A DNA stretch of 56,113 bases from a virus (lineage: Duplodnaviria > Heunggongvirae > Uroviricota > Caudoviricetes), in IMG/VR virus record IMGVR_UViG_2923334124_000002, one strand, 5' to 3'. The notes under the pieces are model-generated. The model saw nothing but the letters and a program-made list of their open reading frames with translations, made no database searches and was not told the DNA's origin. Shown here piece by piece: positions 1 through 10,777 of this stretch (positions are counted from its first letter, which is position 1; each line of letters opens with the position of its first letter). The position numbers and the translations under genes were made by a program.

Positions 1-558
1 ATGAATACAGCTATAACTTTTTCTAACGAGTCACCAAAAGTCTTTTTCAAAGATGGTCGCCTGGTTACCACCTCTCAAGCTGTTGCCGACTACTTCGATA
101 AACAACATAAACACGTTTTAGCTAAGATTGACACACTCGACTGCTCTCCCGAATTTACATCAGCCAACTTTTCGGCCGATGTTCAGACTGTCGAAATTGG
201 CAACGGCGCAGAACGTGAATCACGATGCTACCTGATCACAAAAGACGGCTTCATGTTCCTCGTAATGGGATTTACTGGCAAAAAAGCAGCCAGACTAAAA
301 GAAGCTTACATTGAAAAATTTAACGCAATGGAAGAAGAACTCCACAAACGTCCTCCTGCAGCACAAAACTCCCCCGCCCCAAATAATGGATGCGCATTAC
401 TGATCCACTTCGATAAACACGGTCAGGTCGAGTTCACAGAAAAAGTCCCCGCCGATGCGATGGTATGCACGCTGGAACGGTTTAAATTTTATCTGGAGCA
501 ACATGGGTGGATCGTTGCCCGTAAAGAACAATTGGTGGAAAGGTTGATGCGGTTTTAA
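1..558 (+). CDS. rha: Rha-family phage regulatory protein (antirepressor-like)
   Basis: 185-aa ORF; N-terminal KDGRLVTTSQAVADYF...KHVLAKID block typical of the phage Rha domain; hairpin terminator just downstream. Confidence 0.7.
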   Translation: MNTAITFSNESPKVFFKDGRLVTTSQAVADYFDKQHKHVLAKIDTLDCSPEFTSANFSADVQTVEIGNGAERESRCYLITKDGFMFLVMGFTGKKAARLKEAYIEKFNAMEEELHKRPPAAQNSPAPNNGCALLIHFDKHGQVEFTEKVPADAMVCTLERFKFYLEQHGWIVARKEQLVERLMRF

Positions 559-565
559 TGAATGC

Positions 566-598
566 AAAACCCCGGATGATCACCGGGGTTAATTTTAT
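566..598. terminator. GC-rich hairpin (aaaaccccgg...ccggggtt) followed by a T-run; likely terminator for rha, possibly bidirectional
   Basis: inverted repeat read directly from the sequence. Confidence 0.4.
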
Positions 599-684
599 CG
601 AGCGTGATTGCCGCTAATCGCCATCGCTCTGATTGAGCGTAAATCATTCAGGTTATTCAGTTCTTCCTTCTGCTCTCGCTGACG

Positions 685-831
685 TCAATAAATCCCATCA
701 TTGCGATCAACCTCATCCTTAACCATTGATGCGAGCAGTTCTTCCAGTTTCTGCGCTGACAGCTTTACCTGGTGATCTTCAGCATCTTCCCGGGCTATTG
801 TGGTTCGCGCAGTGGCTGATTTTGCTGACAT
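685..831 (-). CDS. hypothetical small protein (about 48 aa, MSAKSATARTTIARED...)
   Basis: short ORF inside track ORF 685..966; no recognisable SD; no family recognised. Confidence 0.2.
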   Translation of the reverse strand: MSAKSATARTTIAREDAEDHQVKLSAQKLEELLASMVKDEVDRNDGIY

Positions 832-919
832 CACCACAGGGGGCAGACGGACCATTGAACCATGGCCTCCGGAACAAATAAGGGCAAAAATAACAACCAC
901 TATCGAAAGCTCACAAACT

Positions 920-1058
920 AACCGCAGCACGTTCCTGCATACGACGTGTCTGCGGCATAATCCCAATGATTACTCCCTGACAGGATTTGCAGGCCACTCA
1001 ATATCAGGTGCAGTTGATGTATCAACACGATTCAACAATACCCGATATTTATTCCATG
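920..1058. repeat. direct repeat copy 1 (3' end of a tfa-like gene plus following stem-loop)
   Basis: about 90% identical to 1970..2103 by manual alignment. Confidence 0.8.
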
Positions 1059-1239
1059 CCTCCAGCAACGATCTTTCTTCCTCCGTTGCGATTTCCAGAT
1101 CTACAGCATCCTGCAGTGGCGCAATATACTCACTGAATTCCTGGATGTAGAACTGTGTGGTGACGGTCTTCCAGCCATTCGGCTCCTGCTGTATCGAAGC
1201 ATACCAGGCTATTTCAATATCGCTATGCTGCGGCAGCAT
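970..1239 (-). CDS. tail fiber assembly protein-like, C-terminal domain only (probable remnant)
   Basis: 89 aa; C-terminus ...[27 protein letters not shown] resembles the C-termini of the two full-length Tfa proteins in this window. Confidence 0.5.
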   Translation of the reverse strand: MLPQHSDIEIAWYASIQQEPNGWKTVTTQFYIQEFSEYIAPLQDAVDLEIATEEERSLLEAWNKYRVLLNRVDTSTAPDIEWPANPVRE

Positions 1240-1295
1240 TTAACCCCTTGTAATTCATCGCCATAATTGATTTAATTCACAAATAAAACTATAAC

Positions 1296-1964
1296 ATGGT
1301 GAAATCAATGAAAAAAAACACAGATGATGGGGCTAAAATTTACACACCACTTACCCTAAAGCTTTATGACTGGTGGGTTTTGGGAGTATCAAATCGGCTT
1401 GCATGGGGATGTCCTACAAAGGAACACCTTCTTCCACACTTTCTGGAACATGTAGGTAACAACCATCTGGATATTGGTGTTGGAACTGGGTTTTACCTTA
1501 CTCACGTACCTGAGAGTAGTCTGATATCTTTAATGGATTTGAACGAAGCTAGCCTGAACGCGGCATCTACAAGGGCTGGGGAATCAAAAATTAAACATAA
1601 AATTAGCCATGATGTTTTTGAACCTTATCCCGCGGCGTTACATGGTCAATTTGATTCCATTTCCATGTTTTACCTTCTTCACTGCCTGCCTGGAAATATA
1701 TCTACAAAAAGCTGTGTAATACGCAATGCGGCGCAGGCCTTAACTGACGATGGAACTCTATACGGAGCCACAATTCTTGGCGATGGAGTTGTGCACAATA
1801 GCTTCGGTCAAAAACTGATGCGCATTTACAATCAGAAAGGCATCTTTTCAAACACAAAAGATTCCGAAGAAGGCTTAACACATATACTCTCAGAGCATTT
1901 CGAGAATGTTAAAACCAAGGTTCAAGGTACTGTAGTAATGTTTTCCGCTTCAGGGAAAAAATAG
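1296..1964 (+). CDS. class I SAM-dependent methyltransferase (cargo/moron gene; substrate unknown)
   Basis: 222 aa; glycine-rich motif I LDIGVGTG; AT-rich relative to flanks; second ATG at 1308 has a GGTGA SD-like sequence. Confidence 0.7.
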   Translation: MVKSMKKNTDDGAKIYTPLTLKLYDWWVLGVSNRLAWGCPTKEHLLPHFLEHVGNNHLDIGVGTGFYLTHVPESSLISLMDLNEASLNAASTRAGESKIKHKISHDVFEPYPAALHGQFDSISMFYLLHCLPGNISTKSCVIRNAAQALTDDGTLYGATILGDGVVHNSFGQKLMRIYNQKGIFSNTKDSEEGLTHILSEHFENVKTKVQGTVVMFSASGKK

Positions 1965-1969
1965 CATCC

Positions 1970-2103
1970 AACCGCAGCACGTTCTTGCTTAAGACGTGCT
2001 GCGGCATAATCCCAATGATTACTCCCTGACAGGGTTCGTAGGCCACTCAATATCAGGTGCAGTTGATGTATCAACACGGTTCAGTAACACCCGATACTTT
2101 TTC
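1970..2103. repeat. direct repeat copy 2 (tfa 3' remnant with an 11-bp-stem hairpin ccgcagcacgt/acgtgctgcgg)
   Basis: manual alignment with 920..1058; minus-strand translation gives ...[27 protein letters not shown] preceded by a stop. Confidence 0.8.
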
Positions 2104-2162
2104 TAGGCTTCCACCACCAGCACGACAAGATGCCGCATACAGTGAACCAGTCAGTCCAGTTT

Positions 2163-2369
2163 TCAGACAACCAGTGCGTCACCTTTTTGAAGGCGCTTTA
2201 AAGCACGTTTTAATCCAGGTCGGCCTGTCCTTGTTCCGCTTAATTTATCTTCAAATATTTGTTCATATCCTGCACAAACAAGAGCGTTTCGTTGCAGATC
2301 TGTATTCTGGTCATTTGTTGATACCCTTACATAGCCAATCAGCACGCTGAATCTCCCGTCCAAAAGCAC
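2163..2369 (-). pseudogene. pin: DNA invertase (Pin/Gin/Hin serine recombinase), N-terminal fragment of about 65 aa
   Basis: LIGYVRVSTNDQNTDLQRNAL...GTRTGRPGLKRALKRLQKGDALVV matches the invertase N-terminus including the catalytic-serine region; reading frame stops after ...LVV where intact invertases continue. Confidence 0.8.
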
Positions 2370-2398
2370 AAATCATGCCATGCAGGCCAGAAACCGCC

Positions 2399-2426
2399 AT
2401 TATCTAAAACCTCGGTTTACAGGAAA
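2399..2426. other. gix/pix-like inversion crossover site (ttatctaaaacctcggtttacaggaaac)
   Basis: matches the remembered gix consensus TTATCCAAAACCTCGGTTTACAGGAA; inverted copy at 5478..5505. Confidence 0.6.
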
Positions 2427-3439
2427 CGGTAAACAAGGCTGGTAACGCCGTTCAGCGTTCCGGCGATAAAATGACCGGAGAACTGAAAATTGGCACGGTG
2501 AATGCGCTGCGAATTTTCAATGATGCCTTCGGTCTTATTTTCCGTCGTTCAGAAGATTTTCTTCATTTCATTCCGACGGCTGAAGGACAAGGCGAAAACG
2601 GTGATATCGGCCCATTAAGGCCATTCGCTATAAATCTGAGAACAGGTGCTATATCTGTCAGCCACGGGGCCAAAATTGATGGTGGGCTGGCGCTTGGTAC
2701 AGATAACGCACTGGGCGGTAATTCCATTACTCTCGGAGATAACGACACTGGTATTAAACAGGGCGGCGACGGTGTCCTTTTATTCTATTCAAATGGACAA
2801 CTGGCATTTGGGCTTCAACCCGCATCTGCTGATTTTTATAAGCGGGTTGCATATATTCATCAGGGAATAATTCCTGATGGAAGTGGCGCATTTGCAGACC
2901 AGTTGAATAATGCCACCGCGCCTTTTGTTCAGACGCAGTTTGCCTGGAATCCCACTCCTGGTGGTCTTTACGTGCCGATAGTTAAGGGCTTGTCCATTCG
3001 CAATGGACAGGGCTATCCCGGCGCGGTCAGCTTTGGGTATTTACTGACAGAACAGTATGGATTTCCGGTTCCATGTATTCATATGCGTGGCGATGGCGGT
3101 AATGATGCTTTATGGCAGTTTAACCCGAACGATAAATCCTTTATTTCACCGGGTGCTCTTATTGCGGGTGGCGTCCGTTATAACACCGATGGAAATATAT
3201 TTGGTGGGTGCTGGGGGTCAAACTTAAATGATTACCTGAATAGTTCTTTTATCAGAAATGTGCGTCTGGGAGGCAGACGTTCTGACACATTATATCGCGG
3301 AGGACTTTGCGAACCAGGTAATGGTCATGTGACAACAGGATTGCAAATTATTGGTGAGGTTGATGGAGATGACTGGATGGTGTCACGACCACTACAAAAA
3401 TACATTTCTGGTAACTGGTATAACGTTGAACAGGCATAG
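2427..3439 (+). CDS. silent alternative tail-fiber C-terminal cassette (Sv'-like, promoterless in this orientation)
   Basis: shares the ALGGNSIxLGDNDTGxKQxGDG block with the C-terminal part of Stf; starts at the crossover site; followed by its own tfa. Confidence 0.6.
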
Positions 3440-3454
3440 CCATCAGGAGAATAT

Positions 3455-3982
3455 ATGCAACATCTGAAAAATATTACCGCCGGAAACCCCAAAACCATTG
3501 AGCAGTATCAGCTTACGAAAAAAGCTGGCGTTATCTGGCTATATACAGAAGACGGTAAAAACTGGTATGACGAATTAAAAAACTTTCAGGATGATACTTT
3601 AAAAATAGCTTATGACCAGAAGGGGATTATTCGTTGTATTGAGAAAGACGTATCAACACTTAACCCTGACGGGTTAAGTGTTGTTGAGTTACCGAATATA
3701 ACAGCCAACCGTCGCGCCGATATCTCGGGAAACTGGAAGTTTCTGGATGGTAAAGTAGTAAAGCGGGAATATACAAAACAGGAACTGCAACAGCAGGCAG
3801 AGTTACAAAAAGCCGCTTTGCTTTCCGAAGCGGAGTCTGTGATTCAACCGCTGGAACGTGCTGTCAGACTGAATATGGCAACTGATGAGGAACGCACACG
3901 ACTGGAATCATGGGAACGCTACAGCGTTATGGTCAGCCGTGTGGATACTGCAAAGCCTGAATGGCCACAGAAACCAGAATAA
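3455..3982 (+). CDS. tfa: tail fiber assembly protein (alternative copy, U'-like)
   Basis: 175 aa; [14 protein letters not shown]... N-terminus and ...[10 protein letters not shown]-terminus typical of Tfa. Confidence 0.8.
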   Translation: MQHLKNITAGNPKTIEQYQLTKKAGVIWLYTEDGKNWYDELKNFQDDTLKIAYDQKGIIRCIEKDVSTLNPDGLSVVELPNITANRRADISGNWKFLDGKVVKREYTKQELQQQAELQKAALLSEAESVIQPLERAVRLNMATDEERTRLESWERYSVMVSRVDTAKPEWPQKPE

Positions 3983-4012
3983 CAACAAATTAAGGCCCGT
4001 ACGGGCCTTTTC

Positions 4013-4546
4013 TTATTCTGGTGGTTCCGGGAATGTTACAGGAAGAACCGAGGTATCAGTTGTCTCAACCTGTTGCACGTATCGCATCCAGTTCATCAGT
4101 TGCTGTCTGTCTGAATCAGTGATAATCCCCAAAGTAAGCTGTGTTTGCCAGAACTGCGTTTTTTCTCTGGCCTGCTGTAATAATATTTTTTTCTGGTTTT
4201 CCGTCTGTAGGCGCAACTCTTCTTCGGTATATACACGTTTAATGACTGCGCCATCTTTAAACATCCATTTACCTGAGTCGTCAGCACGCCGGTTGGCGGT
4301 AATATCAGGAATCTCAACGACGCTATAACCTTCAGGGTTAAGTGTGGAGGCATCTTTGGTTATGGCAACAATAATATTATTTTCATCGTAAACAATCTTT
4401 ATGGTGTCTGGCTGAAAGTTTTTCACTTCCTCATACCAGTTTTTTCCGTCCTCAGAGTAAAGCCAGATAACTCCGTGTTTCTTTGTTAACTCATACTGTT
4501 CCAGTGTTTTAGCATTACCCGCTTTTATGTTCTTTAAGTGCATCAT
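4013..4546 (-). CDS. tfa: tail fiber assembly protein (expressed copy)
   Basis: 177 aa; paralogous to 3455..3982; immediately downstream of stf. Confidence 0.85.
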   Translation of the reverse strand: MMHLKNIKAGNAKTLEQYELTKKHGVIWLYSEDGKNWYEEVKNFQPDTIKIVYDENNIIVAITKDASTLNPEGYSVVEIPDITANRRADDSGKWMFKDGAVIKRVYTEEELRLQTENQKKILLQQAREKTQFWQTQLTLGIITDSDRQQLMNWMRYVQQVETTDTSVLPVTFPEPPE

Positions 4547-4547
4547 A

Positions 4548-7373
4548 TTAAACGCTCGCTACATTATACCAGGTGCCATTTATATACTTTTGAACGGGTC
4601 TGTAATAAACGCCCGCTATATTATCGGCAGAGTTAGACCCTGTATCCTGAACATTAATACCAGACAATACATGACCTGAAGGGCACTGGAAATTCCATGT
4701 TTGCCAGTTGTTCACTCCATAATATTGCTGTGAACCAAGTCGAACATCTTTCACATAACGGGAATCAAAGTTACCGTAATCCGAGGGGTTAACACGCCCT
4801 GTAATATTTATGGTTTTATTACTTTGAATGCTTCCGGAGACAAAGCGCATAACATGGACGTTATTAGCATAAACATCCAGATTACCATCGCCATTTTGTT
4901 TAAAGCCCGTGTCATTATCACCCAATACAATCGAATTACCGCCAAGAGCACTGGATGTTCCGATACCCAGTGCACCATTCAGTTGACCACCAGATAACGG
5001 CAGTGCACCAACATCTCCTGCTGAAGGCTTTCTGGTGGTGGTGTAAAATTCGGACCAGTCGGCTTCAAAACCATAACCATCACGGGCTGAACGATAAAAA
5101 ATACCGCCATTTTTATAATTAATCCGAAACTGAGCTGCAGGACAACTTCCTTCTCCCATATAAAAATGAATAATTAACGTTGATGCACCACTAATAGTTG
5201 CGTTATAGGCTCCGCTACTCCAGTTCCATCCAACTGCTTTATCATTCGCAACGGTGCTTCCTGTTTTCCCTAAGGCAAACGCACCAACATGACTTGCTTT
5301 TAATGTGATATCGGAGGAACCATCAAAAGCCACATTGCTTATTTTCCTGGCAGTTTTTAATTTTGCAGCTGTAGAAGCATTGCCGGATAGTTCACCAGAA
5401 AGGCCACCGCTGAATGTTTGTCGATTAGTCCAGGTATTCGCTGTACTGAGTAACGGTATTTTCTCCCCGCTTGTGCCGAGTTCTCGTAAACCGAGGTATT
5501 CGATAACGGCGGCAACGGTCGATTTCGCAAGAATATCCCGCCCAACTTTTGTCAGGGTTGCCAGACTGGCAACATCATTCCCCGTAAAATACGGAAACCT
5601 GTCTGCCGCAGTAGCAAGCCCGGCCAGCGCCGTCAGGGTGGCATCTTTCGGTTGCTTACCCGCAAGCGCGCTAGTCATGGTGGTCGCAAAATTCGGGTCG
5701 TTGCCCAACGCCGCAGCCAGCTCGTTCAGCGTATTCAGTGCGTCAGGCGACGAGTCCACGAGGGCAGCGATCGCAGCCATAACATAAGCCGTGCTTGCGA
5801 TTTGGGTATTATTCGTTCCCTGTCGCGCAGTTGGTGTTGTTGGCGTTCCGGTCAGTGCAGGACTATTTAAGGGCGCTTTCTTGTTCGTTTCACCCATTAC
5901 CGCCTTAACCGCTTTTGGCGTTGCCGCCAGTGACTCGGAAGTGCTGTTGGTCGCACTGCTGAGCTGTACTATCCCCTTTTTCGTCGTGCTCGCATCCTCA
6001 AGCGCCACGGCGGATGCAATATCCTCTGCCCGTTTTGCCGCTGTCTCGGCGCGCGTTGCCGCGGATTCCGCCGTACTTTTGCTCTGAGCTGCCGCCGTCG
6101 CACTGCCAGCTGCCTCTGTCGCCTTCGTGGATGCCGTCGTGGCGCTGCCCTTTGCTGCTGACGCCTGTCTGGTCGCCTCATCTTTTGAAGCAGACGCAGA
6201 TGATGCCGATGACGCCGCTGAACTGGCTGACGATGCGGCTGCCGCCTTAGAGGAAGCAGCATTGTCTGCTGAAGTCTTTGCATTTGTTTCAGAGGTTTTT
6301 GCTGCAGAAGCAGACCTCGCTGCTGCAGTGGCTTGCTCAGTGGCTTTGCCAGCCTTCGTTGTGGCTGTTGAAGCGGATGATGCGGCGCTTTCTGCCGATT
6401 TTCCGGCGGCGGTGGCACTGGCTGAGGCCTGCCCGGCACTTGTTGACGCGGCACTGGCAGATAATGCAGCCGCTGTTTTTGAACCTGCCGCAGCTGAGGC
6501 GCTCTGTCCCGCTGCTGTTTCAGAAGACTTAGCGTTCGTCTCGGACGTTTTTGCCGCCTTCGCGGAATTTCCTGCCGCCGTTGCCGAGGAAGCTGCACTA
6601 CTGGCACTTGATGATGCATTCGTTTCTGAAGATTTCGCTGCCTCTTTTGAGGCCGCCGCACCCCGTGCCGAGGTGGCAGCTTCTGACGCCTTCGTGGTCG
6701 CTGTGGATGCAGAAGTGGCTGCCGATTTTTGTGATGCTGCGGCATTCGTTTCTGACGTTTTCGCGGCACTGGCGCTGGTAGCTGCCGCGCTTTTTGATGA
6801 CTCTGCAGCAGCAGCACTTTTTGCTGCTTCACGGGCCTTTGTCGATGCCGTTCCTGCGCTGGAAGACGCTGACTGAGCCGACGACGCGGCCTGTCCGGCT
6901 GACGTGCTGGCGGCACGTGATGAGGCTGCAGCATCGGTTGCATGAGTTGCCGCCTCGCTGGCTGATGCACTGGCATCGCTGGCTGATTTTTTCGCGGCTG
7001 CCGTATTCTGTGCAACCGCGGAGGCGTTACGTGACACCTCTTCTACCATCTGCTCAAAGCGGCGCAGTGCCTCCGGTCGTACATCATCCTCCGTCATGGC
7101 ACCGAGAAAATCATTCAGCGTACCTGGTCTGGAACCTTCATAGACGGTAATGGTCCCGGCATGTGAAGGCGGAAAACCTTCAACCAGCAGGGTGACGCTG
7201 TACTGACCATGCTCAACATCCATGCTGTAACGTCCGGCTTCATCCGGATTTTCAGAGGCCACCGTGTTCACCACCACCGTGCTGCTGGTTCGTCTGGCCT
7301 TCAGCACAATGGTGCAGTTCTGTACTGGTTTTCCTGTGCCATCTTTAAGCACGCCAGAAATTTTTACTGTCAT
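4548..7373 (-). CDS. stf: side tail fiber protein (lambda Stf-like) with long Ala/Ser/Thr-rich low-complexity region
   Basis: 941 aa; N-terminus [22 protein letters not shown]... closely matches remembered lambda Stf; C-terminal about 310 aa lie inside the invertible segment. Confidence 0.85.
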   Translation of the reverse strand: MTVKISGVLKDGTGKPVQNCTIVLKARRTSSTVVVNTVASENPDEAGRYSMDVEHGQYSVTLLVEGFPPSHAGTITVYEGSRPGTLNDFLGAMTEDDVRPEALRRFEQMVEEVSRNASAVAQNTAAAKKSASDASASASEAATHATDAAASSRAASTSAGQAASSAQSASSSAGTASTKAREAAKSAAAAESSKSAAATSASAAKTSETNAAASQKSAATSASTATTKASEAATSARGAAASKEAAKSSETNASSSASSAASSATAAGNSAKAAKTSETNAKSSETAAGQSASAAAGSKTAAALSASAASTSAGQASASATAAGKSAESAASSASTATTKAGKATEQATAAARSASAAKTSETNAKTSADNAASSKAAAASSASSAASSASSASASKDEATRQASAAKGSATTASTKATEAAGSATAAAQSKSTAESAATRAETAAKRAEDIASAVALEDASTTKKGIVQLSSATNSTSESLAATPKAVKAVMGETNKKAPLNSPALTGTPTTPTARQGTNNTQIASTAYVMAAIAALVDSSPDALNTLNELAAALGNDPNFATTMTSALAGKQPKDATLTALAGLATAADRFPYFTGNDVASLATLTKVGRDILAKSTVAAVIEYLGLRELGTSGEKIPLLSTANTWTNRQTFSGGLSGELSGNASTAAKLKTARKISNVAFDGSSDITLKASHVGAFALGKTGSTVANDKAVGWNWSSGAYNATISGASTLIIHFYMGEGSCPAAQFRINYKNGGIFYRSARDGYGFEADWSEFYTTTRKPSAGDVGALPLSGGQLNGALGIGTSSALGGNSIVLGDNDTGFKQNGDGNLDVYANNVHVMRFVSGSIQSNKTINITGRVNPSDYGNFDSRYVKDVRLGSQQYYGVNNWQTWNFQCPSGHVLSGINVQDTGSNSADNIAGVYYRPVQKYINGTWYNVASV
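5478..5505. other. gix/pix-like inversion crossover site inside stf (inverted relative to 2399..2426)
   Basis: reverse complement ttatcgaatacctcggtttacgagaac matches site at 2399..2426 with about 4 mismatches. Confidence 0.6.
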
Positions 7374-7525
7374 ACTTTTCCACCAATAAAAAAAGCCCGC
7401 AGCAGTGACGCCACGGGCTTCAGGACAGTGTAACTTTACGTTTCCTCAAACGCAGTTCACCCCATAAGGTGGATGAACCTGCGTATCATAACAATATTTA
7501 CAGAAGATAAATCGGCGTCTGTTGT

Positions 7526-7749
7526 CAGAAACGGTATCCGATACCAACAATAAATGCATCCGTTCGCCAGTCGCCACTACCGGAACCTTCATAAGCAAGG
7601 TCAATGGTCACGGATTCGGTCGGGTTAAACTGCACGCCAGCCCCCCACGCCAGAGACGTGTTGCTGTGGCGACCGTCATCACTTCCGGTCAGCACATCGT
7701 GCGTTTTCCCCTTGTTGTCAGTTACGCGGAGATAATCCCCGGAGAAAGT
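7526..7749 (-). pseudogene. lom: lom outer-membrane protein, C-terminal fragment
   Basis: minus-strand translation ...SGDYLRVTDNKGKTHDVLTGSDDGRHSNTSLAWGAGVQFNPTESV...GYRF matches Lom C-terminus. Confidence 0.75.
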
Positions 7750-7834
7750 TGCGTATTACCGTGAAGGAGATCGGTGAGTAACATCGATGGAGATCGGTTC
7801 GTGTCACTTTCACAGAACCGTTTTTAAATTACCT

Positions 7835-8584
7835 TCACTGATCTCCTTCGGTCAACGGAGATTGTATTTTCCGCATTGATTCTCCTTTAAGTTCGATCTT
7901 GATACTGCCATGAACCAGTCGATCTAGGATGGCATCCGCATGTGTGGAGTCTCCGATCATTTTGTACCAGTTTTCCACCGGCAACTGGCTCACTACGATG
8001 ATTGAGCCTCGTTGGTACATCAGATCCACTATTTCCAGCAGGTCGCTACGCTGTTCTGATGAGAGAGGTTCCAGCCCCCAGTCATCCAGAAGCAGCAGAT
8101 CGCTATTATTCAGCCTGGTCAAAAGTTTGCTGTATCTTCCATCAGCATGCCCCTGATAGCACTGTTCCATCAGCGCTTTAAGGCGATAATAGTAGACCTT
8201 GTATCCCTGTCGGCAGGCATTATGACCAAGTGCACATGCCAGGAACGTTTTACCGCTGCCGGTGGCCCCGGTCAGTAAAATATTTTGTTTCAGGGTTAAC
8301 CAGTTTCCCTGACTGAGTGAACGGATGAGGGCCCTGTCCAGCCCTCTATTGTTACGATAATCCAGCTTTGATAACTCAGCATTAAGTCTGAACCGTGCAT
8401 GTTTGATCAGACGCTCTGCCTTCCTGTTTTCACGGCAGGTTAGTTCTTCTGCTGTCAGTAATGACAGGCGTTCTTCGAAGCCCAGCTCCTGGTATGTGCC
8501 CGGTTGAGCAAGTTGCTTTTTAAGCGCATCACGGAAGCCGGTGAGTTTAAGTGCGGTCAGTTGTTCGTAAAGATGATTCATCAT
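7835..8584 (-). CDS. istB: IS21-family helper ATPase IstB
   Basis: 249 aa; Walker A GATGSGKT; DnaC-like. Confidence 0.9.
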   Translation of the reverse strand: MMNHLYEQLTALKLTGFRDALKKQLAQPGTYQELGFEERLSLLTAEELTCRENRKAERLIKHARFRLNAELSKLDYRNNRGLDRALIRSLSQGNWLTLKQNILLTGATGSGKTFLACALGHNACRQGYKVYYYRLKALMEQCYQGHADGRYSKLLTRLNNSDLLLLDDWGLEPLSSEQRSDLLEIVDLMYQRGSIIVVSQLPVENWYKMIGDSTHADAILDRLVHGSIKIELKGESMRKIQSPLTEGDQ

Positions 8585-8595
8585 TGGATCCCGTA

Positions 8596-10137
8596 TCAGT
8601 GGTAATACTCACTGCCGCGTACGTTTTCGTGTTCCATCGTGGATAACAGATCTGGTTTTGGATCCTGAACAGGTTGTTTATCCAGACCTTTTTCCAGGAT
8701 CGATTTAATACCTGACAGACGCCATACCTTTGTTTTCAGAGCTCTTGCACATGCTGCATTAAGTCTGGCTTTACTGTATTTTTTATGAAGGTTCAGGAGT
8801 CCAAGGCAGAAGCGATAGCTTTGTTCCGGATGTGGACGAGAGTTCAGTATATGAAGCACATAACTATGAGTTTCACTGCCTATGTGCCCCGCCCATTCCA
8901 GAAGACGCTCTGGCGTCCAGGTGGCATGCTGTCGATGAGCTTCAGGCATGTGCTCGTTGCGGGTACTGTAGCCATAAGTACGCTTGCGCGGGTGCACAGC
9001 AACCTCCTGCCCCTGATTGAAGAGTCTTACCAGTTCTCCGGAGATCCATGCTTCCAGTTGCTGGCCTAACAGCGAACATGGAACCGAGTAGTAATGTTTG
9101 TCGATTTCCACGTGGTAATCGGCATGAACTCTGACTTTCTTCACCAGGGTGTAACTGTAACTGGCTTCAGGAAGAGGCTTCAGTGCGGGTTTATCAAGCT
9201 GGATGAAGAGTTCTGCACGTGAATAACCCAACTTCTGCATTATTTTGTTATTCAGTCTTTCCAGCAACTCCCGAATGCGCTGATTAAGCGATGCAAGGCT
9301 GTAGAAGATCTCATGCCTGATTCGGGCCATGATCCAGCGTTCAACAACCTGAACGCCAACTTCAGCTTTGGCTTTATCTTTCGGTTTACGTGGCCGCGCA
9401 GGCAAAACTGCGACATTATAATGCTCAAGCATCTGCTGGTAGGTAGGGTTAACGTCAGGATCATACTTACATGCCCTGGATGTGGCGCTTTTCAGATTGT
9501 CCGGAACAACAAGTTCAGGAACGCCACCCAACCACTGGAAGCAGCGAACATGACTCATCACCCAGTCTTCAAGCTGCTGAGACCAGGTGGCCTCTGCCCA
9601 TGTGTAACTTGATGCCCCGAGAACAGCTACGATGACCTGAGCAGTTCTTATTTCTCCGGTCTCAGGGTCGGTAACGCCAACGGTAGGTCCACAGTAATCA
9701 ACGAAAAGTTTTTCGCCAGCTTTATGTACCTGACGCATTGATGGTGAAGTGGTTTTGAGCCATTCACGGTACATCCGGCAGTAATGGTTATAGCTGTAAA
9801 AACCGCCTGGATTACGCTCACAGTATTCTTCCCAGAGTAGCTGCAGCGTCACGCATTTATTACGCAGTTCCCGGTGTACTGTAGCCCAGTCAGGCAGAGA
9901 GTGCTTCTTCATCTTAACCTGGGTCTGAAGGAACGCATGTTTTAGTTTTGTATCATCCCATCCTGTAGGTAAGGGCCACTGCTTTATGCCAAGTTGAGCC
10001 GCCCGATTAGCATATCTGGATACAACGGAAGGGGAGATTGCAAGACTACGACCAATTTGTCGATGGCTGAGTCCAACACCGTATTTAAGCCTAAGAATTT
10101 CTTTAAGTTTTCTCATAGAAATTGGAACTGTTGGCAT
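8596..10137 (-). CDS. istA: IS21-family transposase IstA
   Basis: 513 aa; N-terminal HTH and DDE-type core characteristic of IstA. Confidence 0.9.
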   Translation of the reverse strand: MPTVPISMRKLKEILRLKYGVGLSHRQIGRSLAISPSVVSRYANRAAQLGIKQWPLPTGWDDTKLKHAFLQTQVKMKKHSLPDWATVHRELRNKCVTLQLLWEEYCERNPGGFYSYNHYCRMYREWLKTTSPSMRQVHKAGEKLFVDYCGPTVGVTDPETGEIRTAQVIVAVLGASSYTWAEATWSQQLEDWVMSHVRCFQWLGGVPELVVPDNLKSATSRACKYDPDVNPTYQQMLEHYNVAVLPARPRKPKDKAKAEVGVQVVERWIMARIRHEIFYSLASLNQRIRELLERLNNKIMQKLGYSRAELFIQLDKPALKPLPEASYSYTLVKKVRVHADYHVEIDKHYYSVPCSLLGQQLEAWISGELVRLFNQGQEVAVHPRKRTYGYSTRNEHMPEAHRQHATWTPERLLEWAGHIGSETHSYVLHILNSRPHPEQSYRFCLGLLNLHKKYSKARLNAACARALKTKVWRLSGIKSILEKGLDKQPVQDPKPDLLSTMEHENVRGSEYYH

Positions 10138-10330
10138 AGGTATCCTTTACCGGAATGGCAAAAGATACAGATCAACACACCTGTGAAGTTCCAATAACAT
10201 TGATGGAGATCACTGAATAACAAAATGAGTCAAAAGTGATCTCCATCGATGTTATTCAGCGATCTGTTCAAATGTTATTACCCGATCTCGATGGAAGTTA
10301 TTGAGTGATCTCCTTTCATGAAAATACGCA

Positions 10331-10710
10331 AAAGTCGACACACGGCTGTAAGCCACACCCGCCATCGCATACGCGCTGAACCATTCATTCACGCGTACAG
10401 ACGGCCCCGCCATCACGCTGAACCAGCGGTTACGCACGGAATCTTCATGCCAGCGGGTATCGCTGTAGCGCGTTTTTTGCTCATCCTCAGCATTGGCATA
10501 ACTGAAGGACGTAATCAGCCCCAGCGCGTCCGTAAACTCATAACGGTATTTCACGTTAATCCCGTTCAGATCATCACTACCGGGAACGTTCGTCGAGGCA
10601 TGGAGATACCCCGCGCTCAGCGTGGACTGATGTTCTGCTGCACTCGCTGGCGTAGCAGCGGCGACCTGCCAGACTACTGCGGACAAAATAACAGCACATA
10701 ATTTACGCAT
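10331..10710 (-). pseudogene. lom: lom N-terminal fragment (signal peptide to ...AYSRVSTF)
   Basis: MRKLCAVILSAV...EHQSTLSAGYLHA... matches Lom; reading frame runs into IS sequence after STF. Confidence 0.8.
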
Positions 10711-10777
10711 AATTACCTCTCGCTTTTCTGCAATAAAAAAGGCGCCATTTCTGGCGCCCGTATCTGGGTTATAAAAT

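Larger units (their letters stand above)
7750..10330 (-). mobile_element. IS21-family insertion sequence (about 2.58 kb) inserted in lom
   Basis: istA+istB pair; terminal inverted repeats TGCGTATT.../...AATACGCA; 5-bp direct repeat AAAGT at 7745..7749 and 10331..10335; repeated gatggagatc motifs near ends. Confidence 0.8.

Noticed and set aside
5969-7015. 348-aa Arg/Pro/Gln-rich ORF on the minus strand, and 249-aa Ala-rich ORF on the plus strand (6127..6876), inside stf
   Set aside because: Both are alternative-frame or antisense readings of the GC-rich Ala/Ser/Thr low-complexity region of the tail fiber gene; their composition is a frame artefact and the stf frame is the one with homology
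7522-7764. 80-aa plus-strand ORF
   Set aside because: Antisense to the lom C-terminal fragment; the minus-strand frame carries the Lom homology
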